Shown here piece by piece: positions 9,236 through 19,576 of a stretch of 64,000 nucleotides of DNA. The notes under the pieces were generated by a model. The model worked only from the letters and a program-made list of their open reading frames with translations. It did no database searches and was not told where the DNA came from. The position numbers were made by a program, and so were the translations under genes. Numbering within the stretch: position 1 is the stretch's first letter; each line of letters opens with the position of its first letter. The DNA lies in the NCBI GenBank assembly GCA_965221165.1, contig CBDCRP010000003.1, positions 1,568,001 to 1,632,000 on the forward strand, given 5' to 3'. The stretch comes from a bacterium (lineage in GTDB: Bacteria > UBA8248).

Positions 9236-9340
9236 TAACAAAGGTGCTAAACTTCACCTTTCTTAAAAATCCAGCAACTGTCGGGGACAATGAAACAAAT
9301 CGAGGTGATATTGCAGGCCACAGAAAGAAACACCCCCCCA

Positions 9341-9515
9341 CCCGCATTTCCCCGCATTTGCGCCTGGGCGCAAGTCTGAGCGGGGCATATCGCTTGAAAG
9401 TCCAGGCCTCATTCCGCTCCCCGGAACAAGTGAAAAAATGCTGAAAAATGGTGAAAAATAGGCGAAATTAAGTGAAAATATCTGAAAATTTATAATGTTG
9501 TTATTATTAGGGTTA
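9341..9515 (-). repeat. Dispersed ~175-bp element, copy 1 (phased TTTTCA repeats, IHF-like box, AAATGCGGGG tandem)
   Basis: Reverse complement is colinear with 22232-22407. Confidence 0.55.
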
Positions 9516-9520
9516 CGCGG

Positions 9521-10687
9521 TTAAACGACCTTATCCGCGCGCATTCGGAAAATCTCCTCCTCACCATAGCCGAGCTCGGCGAGAATGGCTTCGGTGTGCT
9601 CGCCCGCCCCCGGCGCAGGACGTGAGAAATCGGGCGTCTCGCCGCTGAACGCAAGCGGCGACCCAGGCAGCAAGCCCGGCCCGGCTACCGGGTGGTCGAC
9701 CTGGACGAAGGCATCCGGGAAGCGTTCCTTCACCCGGGCGACGTCGTTGATGGCGCTCACCGTAACGCCTTTGGGGATAAGGGCCTCCTCCCACTCGGCG
9801 GTCGTCTTCTCGGTCAAGACGCTCTCCAGAATCCCGCGCAGGGCGGCATCGTTCGCCACGCGGTCTTTGTTCTCGGCGAAGCGCGGATCGTCGGCGAGCG
9901 CCGGCCGGCCTAGGGCCTCGACGAAGACGCGGTAGCGGTTCGTGTTCGAGATCGCCACGAAAATGAGGCCGTCTTTCGTCTTATAGCCCGAAAAAGGAGA
10001 GACCACCGGATGGGAAAGCCCCTCGGGCCGAGGCACTTGGCCTGTGAACGTGTGGCGCGCCACCGGGTTTTCCATGATGTTCACCGTCGCGCCCATCATC
10101 GAGGCGTCTACGCGCATGCCCTCTCCGGTGCGCTCCCTGCGGAACAGGGCGGTGAGAACGCCCGAGAGGAGATAGAGGCCGCTCGCCACGTCCACAATCG
10201 AGACGCCCACGCGCACGGGTTCTCCGTCCACAGGCCCCGTCACGCTGATGAGGCCGCCCGCGGCTTGCAAAAGGCTGTCGAAAGCGGGGCGCCCGGCGTT
10301 CTTCCCGGTCTGGCCGAAGCCTGAGACCGCTGCGTATATGAGCCCGGGGTTTTCTTTTTTAAGGACATCCCAGCCCACGCCCAGGCGATCCATGACGCCG
10401 GGGAGGAGGTTTTCCACCAGAACGTCCGCCCCGCGGCAGAGTTTCCTGAATACCTCCACGCCTTCCGGGTTTTTGAGATCAAGCGTGATGGAGCGCTTGC
10501 CGCGATTCAAGCTCATGAAGTAGCTGCTCTCGCCATTCCGGAAAGGACCGATGGCGCGGCTGTCCTCACCGCCGGGGCGCTCCACCTTCACGACTTCCGC
10601 GCCATAGCCCGCCAGATAGAGCGATACGATGGGGCCGGCATTAAACTGGCTGGCGTCAATGACCTTCAAACCCTGGAGGAGTGACAT
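9521..10687 (-). CDS. CoA-transferase family III (CaiB/BaiF)
   Basis: GAEVVKVERPGGE, NRGKRSITLDLK, ADVLVEN, SGFGQTG. Confidence 0.9.
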   Translation of the reverse strand: MSLLQGLKVIDASQFNAGPIVSLYLAGYGAEVVKVERPGGEDSRAIGPFRNGESSYFMSLNRGKRSITLDLKNPEGVEVFRKLCRGADVLVENLLPGVMDRLGVGWDVLKKENPGLIYAAVSGFGQTGKNAGRPAFDSLLQAAGGLISVTGPVDGEPVRVGVSIVDVASGLYLLSGVLTALFRRERTGEGMRVDASMMGATVNIMENPVARHTFTGQVPRPEGLSHPVVSPFSGYKTKDGLIFVAISNTNRYRVFVEALGRPALADDPRFAENKDRVANDAALRGILESVLTEKTTAEWEEALIPKGVTVSAINDVARVKERFPDAFVQVDHPVAGPGLLPGSPLAFSGETPDFSRPAPGAGEHTEAILAELGYGEEEIFRMRADKVV

Positions 10688-10705
10688 CGGATGCGTGGGT
10701 GCTTT

Positions 10706-11653
10706 CTAGCGGCGTTTCCTGGCGCTTTTGGGGGCCGTTTTCTTCGCAGCAGTCTTTTTCGCGGGTTTTTTCGTCGTTTGGGCGGGTTTTTTCGCCACTT
10801 GTCGCTTGGCCGCCTTCTTCGCGGCGACTTTTGGGGCGGGGGCTTTCTTCGTTGCAGCTTTCGCGGCTTTGGGGGCGACCGTCTTCTTTTTGACCGCCGT
10901 TTTCCTCGTAGCCGCCGCTTTTTTCTGGGCGGTAGCCGTATTCGTCTTGGAGAGGGTCGTTTTTCTCTTCACCGTAGTGGTCTTCTTGGAAGCAGCGGCC
11001 GCTTTCTTTTTCAAAACGGAGGCTTTTTTCCTGGCCGCTGTTCGTTTTTTCTGCACTGCGGCTTTTCTAGAGGCTTCTTTCTTTTTTTGCGCCTGTTGTT
11101 TTTTCCTTTGCTTTTGTTCTTTGATACGCACTGCCTCAGCAGCCCGTATTTCTTCTTCCGTAGGCGGAAAAACAGGTTTCCTCCGACCCGTAATCAAGCG
11201 AAAGGCATACCCCACTTGGGTTTCGCGCCATTCATTCTCCCCGAGATCCTGCAACACAAGTTCGACCGGAGAGCCCGGAACAAGCATGTCCCGATAACCT
11301 TCCCAATCGATTAAATGGGAATTTATCTTTATGCCCTCATCGAGGAGTATTACCGCAGAAACGCGCTCTTCGTTCCCTTCCACAGATGAACGGGTAACCG
11401 TGGCCGAAAGAAGTTTACCCTTCCCGCTGAGAAGCACTTCACTCGTGCTACGCGGACAAACCGGGTTATCACAAGTGGTTTTCGAGCCGGTCTTCGGGAA
11501 AAAATACTCTTCGCATTCCTTACAAACAGACCCAATGAGTTTGGGCTTATGACGAGAATTCCTGGGAATCGTAAAAACATCGCGCATAAACGGAACAACA
11601 ACTTTATTTTTCTCAGGTACGAAAATCGAAGGCTGATTCTGGGGGGAGTTCAT
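10706..11653 (-). CDS. Zn-ribbon/OB-fold (DUF35-like) protein with histone-H1-like Lys/Ala tail
   Basis: LIGSVCKEC..YFFP..CDNPVC..LSGKGKL..GYAFR followed by about 140 aa of KKAA/KKTA/KKPA repeats. Confidence 0.7.
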   Translation of the reverse strand: MNSPQNQPSIFVPEKNKVVVPFMRDVFTIPRNSRHKPKLIGSVCKECEEYFFPKTGSKTTCDNPVCPRSTSEVLLSGKGKLLSATVTRSSVEGNEERVSAVILLDEGIKINSHLIDWEGYRDMLVPGSPVELVLQDLGENEWRETQVGYAFRLITGRRKPVFPPTEEEIRAAEAVRIKEQKQRKKQQAQKKKEASRKAAVQKKRTAARKKASVLKKKAAAASKKTTTVKRKTTLSKTNTATAQKKAAATRKTAVKKKTVAPKAAKAATKKAPAPKVAAKKAAKRQVAKKPAQTTKKPAKKTAAKKTAPKSARKRR

Positions 11654-11960
11654 GTACTACCCTGCTTTTGAAGTTCCGATAAACCAAATCTAAGTAAACG
11701 AAATGTAAACAGCTAGTTAAAACTCATAGGCATGCATGGATTAGTGCGCGAACACTATCAAGGGGTTTCGCGAGTGTCAAGATGAGTTCAGACTGGGCAA
11801 ATCCCTGCATACCAAATTTTTCGAATTCCCAGTCCGCTATTTGAAAATTACCTCCATTTATAGCCACGATAAGACTCAAGCCAACCTTGATTTTCGCGAC
11901 TTGACCATCTAAAACCTGCAATCTTATAGTCATCAATCGTATTGATATAAAGGACGCGGT

Positions 11961-13403
11961 ATGACTGACCCACACAATCCGAATAGCGAATCCACACTAC
12001 TACGACTACTACCTTCCGTGGACGAAATTGTTACTCGCCTAAAAAATGAAGGCGTCAATGGTTCGTCGGATGCTGCATTGTCCGATGCGGCAAGAAAAGC
12101 AATCGGAGTGAAAAGACAGCTTCTGCTTGAACAAATGAACAAAAACTTCCCGAAAGCTACAGAAAACCCACCAATATCCGAACAAACCCTTCAAGATATT
12201 GTTGTAAATGACGCAAAGCGGATTCTCTCTTCGAATAAACTGCTTGGATTAAAAAAAGTCATCAACGCAACAGGAATCGTGCTACACACAAATCTGGGTC
12301 GAGCCCCATTAAGTGACGCCGCAAGGTCGGCATTAAATGATGTAGCGCAAGGATATTCAAATTTAGAATTCGACCTGAATCTCGGGCTGCGAGGAAAAAG
12401 AGGGGCCGATGTGGAATCTCTTCTTTGTCAGCTAACAGGAGCGGAAGCAGCATTGGTCGTCAACAATAACGCCGCGGCCGTGATGTTCGCGATTCATACG
12501 ATGGCCGATTCTGCTGAAGTGATCGTTTCACGAGGAGAGTTGGTTGAAATCGGCGGTTCCTTTCGAATTCCGGATATTATGCTCCAAAGTGGCGCTAAAT
12601 TAGTAGAAGTAGGGACAACGAACAAAACGAGAATATCCGACTACCAGAACGCCATTACCCAAGATACGACTTTGCTGCTGAAGGCGCATACAAGCAATTA
12701 CAGGATTGTCGGCTTTACGGAAGAAGTATCCCGTGATGAACTCTCAGAGCTTGGGAGAGAAAAAAATATACCCACGCTAGAGGACCTTGGGAGCGGTTCA
12801 CTTCTTCATATTGATGGTCTCCCGCATGAACCTACTGTGATGGGATCGATACGAGCGGGAATCGACGTCATTACATTTTCTGGAGACAAGCTACTGGGTG
12901 GCCCACAGGCTGGTATCGTTGTCGGCAAGACGATATGGATAGAGAGAATGAAAAAACATCCACTCATGCGCGTTCTCAGGCTGGACAAACTCACCCTCGC
13001 CGCTTTGGAGGCGACACTCAGGGGATATCTTGATCCTGATGCCGCCCACACCCAGATCCCGATTCTTCAAATGTTGTCCACCAACCGGGAAAAACTGAAA
13101 AAACAGGCGGAATCTTTGATGAATCTGATGGGGGAACATACTTGTTCCGTGCTCGGCGCCAAGGTGGAAGAAACTTCGGGGATGGTAGGCGGCGGGGCCA
13201 TGCCCCTGGCGAAACTCGATAGTTTCGCAGTGACATTATTTCCCAACAATTTTTCCGCCAAATCGTTGGAAACCAAGCTGCGCAATGCTACTCCACCTGT
13301 TGTGGCACGCATTCATGAGGATAAAGTAATACTTGACCTGCGATGCATTAGAGTAGGGGAAATAAATCAACTTGGCGTGATTCTCAACGAATTCGCAAAG
13401 TAA
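11961..13403 (+). CDS. selA: L-seryl-tRNA(Sec) selenium transferase
   Basis: VINATGIVLHTNLGRAPL, VVNNNAAA, SRGELVEIGGSFRIPD, FSGDKLLGGPQAG. Confidence 0.95.
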   Translation: MTDPHNPNSESTLLRLLPSVDEIVTRLKNEGVNGSSDAALSDAARKAIGVKRQLLLEQMNKNFPKATENPPISEQTLQDIVVNDAKRILSSNKLLGLKKVINATGIVLHTNLGRAPLSDAARSALNDVAQGYSNLEFDLNLGLRGKRGADVESLLCQLTGAEAALVVNNNAAAVMFAIHTMADSAEVIVSRGELVEIGGSFRIPDIMLQSGAKLVEVGTTNKTRISDYQNAITQDTTLLLKAHTSNYRIVGFTEEVSRDELSELGREKNIPTLEDLGSGSLLHIDGLPHEPTVMGSIRAGIDVITFSGDKLLGGPQAGIVVGKTIWIERMKKHPLMRVLRLDKLTLAALEATLRGYLDPDAAHTQIPILQMLSTNREKLKKQAESLMNLMGEHTCSVLGAKVEETSGMVGGGAMPLAKLDSFAVTLFPNNFSAKSLETKLRNATPPVVARIHEDKVILDLRCIRVGEINQLGVILNEFAK

Positions 13404-13463
13404 TCTTCAATCTTCTGCGCATATAATTTTCTCGTCATCACGAAAACAGGGGACAATATTCCG

Positions 13464-14267
13464 ATGCCAACCGTTAATTCCGAAGGTGTTGCAATAGATT
13501 ATGAAGTCATCAATTCCCAGAATACCAATACGCCTGTATTCCTGATTAGCGGGTTGGGAGGCATTCGCGCATCATGGACGAAGCAAATCGACGCTTTTTC
13601 TGCGACCAGGCCACTCATCCTTCATGACCATAGGGGAACAGGAAATAGCGCAAAACCGAGCGGGGTATATAGCGTTCCCAACATGGCGAAAGATATCACC
13701 GCTATCATGGATGACCTGGGAATAGAAAAAGCGCATCTCGTCGGCAGTTCAACCGGCGGAGCCATCATCCAAGTAATGTGCATTGACTATCCCGGCCGTG
13801 TCAAAAGCGGCTCCATAGTAAGTTCCTGGCCCAAGAGCGACGCATATTTCATCCGTCAGTTTAGCGTGCGCAAAAAAGTTTTACTCGGGATGGGATGGGA
13901 AACTTACACGAGATTTTCCACATTCACCTTGCATAGCCCAAAGTTTTTCACCGACAACTTTGAGGAAATTCAAATGCAAGAAAACCAATCGATAGCCAAC
14001 GCGCCTCCGGCTGAGATTATGGCCGAGAGAATCGAGTGCATTATTGCGCATGATCAGTTGGACCGCTTGGGTCAAATCACAAGTCCGGTGCTAGTGGCCG
14101 TTGCAAGGGACGATGTCGTCACTCCCCTCTACTATTCTTATCAATTGAGCGATGCCATCCCTGGAGCTGAATTGAAAATTTTTGATGAAGGCGGCCATTT
14201 CGTATATCTTGAAAAACCGGTTGAATTCAATGAATCGATCCTTGAATTCATCCATCGCCATGACTAA
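13464..14267 (+). CDS. Alpha/beta hydrolase (RutD-like)
   Basis: DHRGTGNS, GSSTGG nucleophile elbow, GGHF. Confidence 0.85.
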   Translation: MPTVNSEGVAIDYEVINSQNTNTPVFLISGLGGIRASWTKQIDAFSATRPLILHDHRGTGNSAKPSGVYSVPNMAKDITAIMDDLGIEKAHLVGSSTGGAIIQVMCIDYPGRVKSGSIVSSWPKSDAYFIRQFSVRKKVLLGMGWETYTRFSTFTLHSPKFFTDNFEEIQMQENQSIANAPPAEIMAERIECIIAHDQLDRLGQITSPVLVAVARDDVVTPLYYSYQLSDAIPGAELKIFDEGGHFVYLEKPVEFNESILEFIHRHD

Positions 14268-14315
14268 TCGATATTTTTATATCTCGCCTATCAACCACGA
14301 AGGCGAAACCACCTT

Positions 14316-16226
14316 ATGAAACATGTCGTCATTGGAACCGCTGGCCACATCGATCATGGCAAAACCTTTCTCGTCAAAGCGTTAACCGGCACAGACACTG
14401 ATCGCCTAAAAGAAGAAAAAGAACGCGGCATCACCATCGAACTCGGGTTTGCGGAGTTGATTCTCGGTCACATCCACGCAGGTATCGTGGATGTTCCGGG
14501 ACATGAACGATTCGTAAAAAACATGTTGGCAGGAGTCGGAGGGATCGATTTGGTGATACTGATCATCGCTGCCGATGAAGGCGTCATGCCGCAAACGAGG
14601 GAGCATTTGTCGATTTGCCGACTTCTCGGGGTAAAAACCGGCCTCATCGTGCTCACCAAAACAGATCTGGTCGAACCAGAATGGGTTGAACTTGTGACGG
14701 ACGATATACAAGACTTCGTCAAAGATACCTTTTTGGAAGAAAAACCCATCGTGCCGGTTTCGGCTCACACTGGAGATGGTCTGGAAAATCTCAAAAAAGC
14801 TTTGGTCGAAATCGCAAATCAGACGCCTGCAAAAAGCGAAACGGGTATCTTTCGAATACCGATTGACCGTGTATTCACGATGCGGGGCTTCGGTGTCGTG
14901 ATAACGGGAACCTTGTTCAGTGGAAGTGTGGCTGTAGGTGAACAAATTGAAGTTTACCCTAAGACTCTTCAGGCGCGCGTTCGTGGCTTACAAGTACATG
15001 GGAAGTCCGTGGAAAAATCGACTGCCGGCCTCAGAACCGCCGTGAATCTTCAGGGCCTCGAGCGAGCGGAGGTGTTCAGGGGAGATATCATCGGTCATAG
15101 TGGTGAACTGAAAACAACGTATATGCTCGACGTTTATCTTGAGCATCTAGGCGATGCGCCTCGTCCTTTGAAAACCCGGAATCGTATTCGCTTCCATGCA
15201 GGCACCGCTGAAATCATGGGCAGGATATCTCTCATCGGACGAGATGTGCTCGAACCGGGAGATAATTTATTTGCCCAAATACGGCTGGAGGAACCTATCG
15301 TCGTACTGCCCAGAGATCGATTTGTCATCAGAAGTTATTCGCCAATCATCACGATAGGTGGCGGGGAAATCTTAGATATTATGCCTCGCAAGCATAGACG
15401 ATTGCGGAGTTCGTCTATAGATCACTTGAAATCACTTTATCAAGGTGATGAGACGGAAAGATTGCTCATATTACTCCAGGACTCACGGTTGAATGGGGTT
15501 GAGCTCACTGACCTCACAGGCCGTCTCACACTAAAGCCAAGTGACATCGAAAAAACCATTCAAGAATTAGCTGCTCAAGGAGAAGTGGAAATTATCGACC
15601 AAGTCAATTTTTTCTCGATGACTACAGCGCACTTCAACACAGCCCAAAAAAATATTCTCACTTTTTTGAAGAAATATCATACTGAGAACCCTCTTCGCAC
15701 AGGAGCACCTAAGGAAGAAGTTCGCGGTAAGGCAGGCGACATCAATGAAAAAATCTTTACCGCCGCACTTAAACACTTAAGCGAATCAAACGAAATTGTT
15801 GAAAATGGGGCCATCCTAAGGCTCGCTTCCCATTCAGTAGAAATTGATGAAACACTCGGAGAAGTGAAAACAAAACTAGAGAAGATTTTCGAGATTGCCC
15901 ACTTTCAACCGCCATCCGTCGAAGACGCATTCTCACACAGCGGCGGCAAAGACAACTCAAATCGAAATGCCTTGCAAATCCTCATCGACGAAGGCGCCTT
16001 ACTGCGACTGAAAGATAACATTATCTATCATAAAAATGCTTTAAACGAAGCAGAAAACCTCCTTAAAGAGCATCTATCATTCAACAACGAAATTTCGGCG
16101 GCGGAATTTCGGGACCTGTTGGGCATCACAAGAAAACACGCCATACCTTTGCTTGAATATTTCGATACCGCACGCGTTACGCTACGGGTGGGAGACAAAA
16201 GAGTGCTTCGGCCAGACGCGAGATAA
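14316..16226 (+). CDS. selB: Selenocysteine-specific elongation factor
   Basis: [29 protein letters not shown]-terminal [13 protein letters not shown] winged helix. Confidence 0.95.
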   Translation: MKHVVIGTAGHIDHGKTFLVKALTGTDTDRLKEEKERGITIELGFAELILGHIHAGIVDVPGHERFVKNMLAGVGGIDLVILIIAADEGVMPQTREHLSICRLLGVKTGLIVLTKTDLVEPEWVELVTDDIQDFVKDTFLEEKPIVPVSAHTGDGLENLKKALVEIANQTPAKSETGIFRIPIDRVFTMRGFGVVITGTLFSGSVAVGEQIEVYPKTLQARVRGLQVHGKSVEKSTAGLRTAVNLQGLERAEVFRGDIIGHSGELKTTYMLDVYLEHLGDAPRPLKTRNRIRFHAGTAEIMGRISLIGRDVLEPGDNLFAQIRLEEPIVVLPRDRFVIRSYSPIITIGGGEILDIMPRKHRRLRSSSIDHLKSLYQGDETERLLILLQDSRLNGVELTDLTGRLTLKPSDIEKTIQELAAQGEVEIIDQVNFFSMTTAHFNTAQKNILTFLKKYHTENPLRTGAPKEEVRGKAGDINEKIFTAALKHLSESNEIVENGAILRLASHSVEIDETLGEVKTKLEKIFEIAHFQPPSVEDAFSHSGGKDNSNRNALQILIDEGALLRLKDNIIYHKNALNEAENLLKEHLSFNNEISAAEFRDLLGITRKHAIPLLEYFDTARVTLRVGDKRVLRPDAR

Positions 16227-16253
16227 AATCCCTGTATGTATAAGGAATAAAAA

Positions 16254-17441
16254 ATGCCTCTCGACAATAATAAAATCCAACGGCTGCGTTCAGATGTCCC
16301 GGCACTGGCAAATCAGATTTATGTAAATTGGGGGGGAGGGGGACCATCCTCAAAATCGATTCTTCGTGAAATGGATAAGTTCACAAAACGTGATTTAGAA
16401 CTCGGCTCATTCCACCCAAAAATCAGGAATGAAACCACCGCAGCTCAGAAACGGACTAGAGAGAGCTGCGCAAAACTCATCGGCGTAGAAACTTCAGAAA
16501 TCGCCCTAACGAATAATACAACGGTCGGGATCAACATTGCGGCGGCCGGATTGGCATGGAATGCAGGAGATGAAGTGCTCGTCTCGGATTTGGAACATCC
16601 AAGCGGCTACCTGCCCTGGTTGGTATGGCGCAAGAGAAATTCCATCAAGGTGAAACTATTCAAAACCGGTAAAAATGATCAGGAACTTCTCCGAAATTTA
16701 GAAAACGCCATCACCCTGAAAACAAAAGTGGTTTGTGTGAGCCACATCTCATGGCTAAATGGCAGGAGACTCCCTTTGGAGGCAATCGGTCGCATCTGCG
16801 TCTCAGCAGGCGCGCTTCTCATCGTAGACGGCGCCCAATCCGTCGGGCATATACCAGTCAAAGTCAAAGACACCGGCGTAGACGTCTACACCATATCAGG
16901 CCAAAAGTGGCTGATGGGTCCGGATGGTACGGGGGCCGTATATATAAGGCATGAAGCAGGCAGAAAGATTCATCTTTCATCTGCAAGTTTTCGGACAGCT
17001 CAAAAAAAGAGATTAAAAACCCTGTCTTTTACGCCGGAGCCGAGCGCCATGCGCCACGAAGTCGGCACTCTCAATACACCCGGTTTCTTGGGATTCCGTG
17101 CTGCGGTTGAGCATTTCAGAAGAACAGGGCCCATATCCATCGAAAAAAGGATTCTGGCGCTGGCGAATCGCCTGCTGTCCCAAATACGTGCAATCAAGAA
17201 TGTTGATGTCATTACACCCGAAGGAGAGGCTCAGTCTGGTCTGATTTCTTTTCGAATTGAGAACGTGGAATCTCAAAATGTGGTAGACAGGCTCTACAAG
17301 AGACACCTAATCATCCTTAGGGCAGTGGTAACAGAGCCTCCCGCCGTGAGAGTTTCCATTCATTATTTGAACACGGAAGAAGAAATGGACTCGATTGCAA
17401 ATGCGATAGCCACTATAGCGGCCGGCAGAAGAAAACGATAA
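16254..17441 (+). CDS. Class V PLP enzyme, L-cysteine/cystine C-S lyase-like
   Basis: YVNWGGGGP, VDGAQSVG, SGQKWLMGP (PLP Lys), RVSIHYLN; no desulfurase Cys loop. Confidence 0.8.
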   Translation: MPLDNNKIQRLRSDVPALANQIYVNWGGGGPSSKSILREMDKFTKRDLELGSFHPKIRNETTAAQKRTRESCAKLIGVETSEIALTNNTTVGINIAAAGLAWNAGDEVLVSDLEHPSGYLPWLVWRKRNSIKVKLFKTGKNDQELLRNLENAITLKTKVVCVSHISWLNGRRLPLEAIGRICVSAGALLIVDGAQSVGHIPVKVKDTGVDVYTISGQKWLMGPDGTGAVYIRHEAGRKIHLSSASFRTAQKKRLKTLSFTPEPSAMRHEVGTLNTPGFLGFRAAVEHFRRTGPISIEKRILALANRLLSQIRAIKNVDVITPEGEAQSGLISFRIENVESQNVVDRLYKRHLIILRAVVTEPPAVRVSIHYLNTEEEMDSIANAIATIAAGRRKR

Positions 17442-17462
17442 AAGAAAAACCCAAAACCACAC

Positions 17463-17500
17463 AAAAAAAGGCGACGGTTATTTCACCACCGCCTTTTTTT
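17463..17500. terminator. Bidirectional intrinsic terminator
   Basis: AAAAAAAGGCG...CGCCTTTTTTT between convergent genes. Confidence 0.7.
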
Positions 17501-17516
17501 GTTGTTTGGCTCAGGG

Positions 17517-18257
17517 TTATTTTTTCAGCGTTTCGTTCACCGCCGTAGCAGCGCCACCCTTCACCGACACCTTCATGGATTTCTTACCCAAAACCTCATG
17601 CCAAATTTCGAGGGTATAGGAGCCTGCAGGAACATCTTTTATCTCGAATTTGCCCCCGGCACCCGTGACGCCGACATAGGGATTATCCGCCACAACGATA
17701 TACCCTCTCATCCAGTCATGTACGTCACACTTCACTGCAATAATACCGGGCTTCTTGAAATAGCGGGTCGACATTCTCAGTTTTTTCTTGAACTTCGGCT
17801 GCGCGATATTGGCTATCGAGTTCCCGGTTTTACCAGGGTAGGTGTGGACATTGTGGAGGATTTTGTCACTGTTTTTCATCAACATTTTCGTCTTTTGCTT
17901 CATCACGGCGACTCGAGGCAGGTACACACATCCTTTTTGGTCAACGACCGCTTTTTTCTGGCTCTTCGACCACTTCTTGCCGGATTTCACGCCTTTCAAA
18001 GACACGACGGCCCATACCACGCCGCCGTCTTTGACAACCAGACTATCATCGGTAATCGGTTTTTTTCCGCAAACTTTTTTATCTTTGTTCACTGATAATG
18101 TTTTGCGTTTTGGGGCGGCGCCTTCGAACTTGATTGCTCCGCTAATCGATCCCCCACCGCTTACTTTTCCTTCCTTATAAGCATACGCGGAGCCGGCAAA
18201 GGCGACACTCAGGCACATCGCAAACATCAAGCACAATTGAAAGCGTTTGGGAATCAT
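17517..18257 (-). CDS. Secreted carboxypeptidase-regulatory-like/cupredoxin-like protein
   Basis: Signal peptide, DQKGC, HNVH and CDVHDWM motifs, VPAGSYTLEIWHE. Confidence 0.7.
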   Translation of the reverse strand: MIPKRFQLCLMFAMCLSVAFAGSAYAYKEGKVSGGGSISGAIKFEGAAPKRKTLSVNKDKKVCGKKPITDDSLVVKDGGVVWAVVSLKGVKSGKKWSKSQKKAVVDQKGCVYLPRVAVMKQKTKMLMKNSDKILHNVHTYPGKTGNSIANIAQPKFKKKLRMSTRYFKKPGIIAVKCDVHDWMRGYIVVADNPYVGVTGAGGKFEIKDVPAGSYTLEIWHEVLGKKSMKVSVKGGAATAVNETLKK

Positions 18258-18589
18258 ACCTACTCCTCTCAAAGAATTTTTCAGATTGGCAGCTACTGTT
18301 TTCAAAAATGTGCAACGCAGTCATTCGCACACGAAATATCGGTGATTTCAGGCACAGGACCTATAAAATTAACTTCTAATCAAATCGGAATCGCCAGGAA
18401 CTCACACCTTCTCCATTCAAGTAATGCACCTTTCACTTTAAGTCAACCCTCTTCGTAGTTGGCCTTGAAATTCACCTTGATTCATTGCCTCATTGGGCCG
18501 AATGCTGTTATGAAAGAGCGCATGAATTCCGCCGCGAAAATAGGCCGATCAGTGCAGATTTCAAGAATATTTTCAGTGAGATAAGGGCT

Positions 18590-19471
18590 ATGAGAAATTT
18601 CCACTACTTGGCAATCAGTCTCTTCCTCTTGTTTTTATTCTGCATGGCTTTCTTCCCTCGTAACAGCCCTGCGCACCACACCAGTTCCATAGCCTATGTC
18701 CTTCAAGAAGTCGGCAAGAAGAAAATAGGAAATATCGAGATAGAGCTGAACGCCATGCCTCCGAGGTTGATAAAACACAGAAACGCTCCCAAATCTCTTG
18801 AACACACACACAAGCTTTTATCTCGATTCACACATCGTTTTGAAATGAGAATTCTCAATGATAAAAGTGGTGGTTCCACATCGAAAAAACTGGATCTGAA
18901 ACTGAAATTCGCCCAAAACGAATGGGAAAAGACCTTCACGCTCAAAAGATTCCAGAAAGGCAAACAAATAATTTATGGCGCAAACGTCAAGCTAGGCGAA
19001 AAAGGTCCATATGCCGTCACGGCTGTCATATTCGGTCTGGCGCCTCATCCCATACGAGCGCAATTTTCTTTCGATTTCGACCCCGAATCGGTCAAGGACG
19101 TGATGAAAGACCTGGAAAAAACCATGGCGAATCTGGGTCGTGAAACGCTCACCCTGGGGCTGGACGGCGAGTTCGTCCCAAGGGAAAAAGAGCGCCACAT
19201 CCAGCGATTGGCCGAAAAATTCAGATATTTCGTTCCCTGGATATCGAATCTCAGGGAGGGAGAAGCGCAAGAGTTATATGATGACCTGACCCGGAAACTA
19301 CTCGACCTTGCCGAAATAATGACGAAAAACGCCCAAAAACCGGACTTCGACCGACTCGCCGAGAACCTCGCCGCCGCAAGAGCGCTTTGCTCAAAATGCC
19401 ACCAAATCTTCCAGGAAGCGGACTCCACCGGTAAACCCATCCAGTTGCCCACCTCATCATCTACCCGGTAG
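18590..19471 (+). CDS. Secreted protein with C-terminal CxxCH (cytochrome c'-like) and P19-like N-terminal domain
   Basis: Signal peptide; YGANVKLGEKGPY; helical C-terminal half ending LCSKCHQIF. Confidence 0.55.
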   Translation: MRNFHYLAISLFLLFLFCMAFFPRNSPAHHTSSIAYVLQEVGKKKIGNIEIELNAMPPRLIKHRNAPKSLEHTHKLLSRFTHRFEMRILNDKSGGSTSKKLDLKLKFAQNEWEKTFTLKRFQKGKQIIYGANVKLGEKGPYAVTAVIFGLAPHPIRAQFSFDFDPESVKDVMKDLEKTMANLGRETLTLGLDGEFVPREKERHIQRLAEKFRYFVPWISNLREGEAQELYDDLTRKLLDLAEIMTKNAQKPDFDRLAENLAAARALCSKCHQIFQEADSTGKPIQLPTSSSTR

Positions 19472-19576
19472 CCGGAAGGGCTCTAAAGCCGTGATGTTTG
19501 CAACATGACGGACTCTGGGGTATCTCTTTTCAAAGGCGGCTAATCGCCGTTACGCTCGATTTTCCGGGAGTAGAAA

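Noticed and set aside
11654-11960. selC (tRNA-Sec) upstream of selA
   Set aside because: No cloverleaf with a TCA anticodon recognised by eye; tRNAscan-SE or Aragorn would settle it
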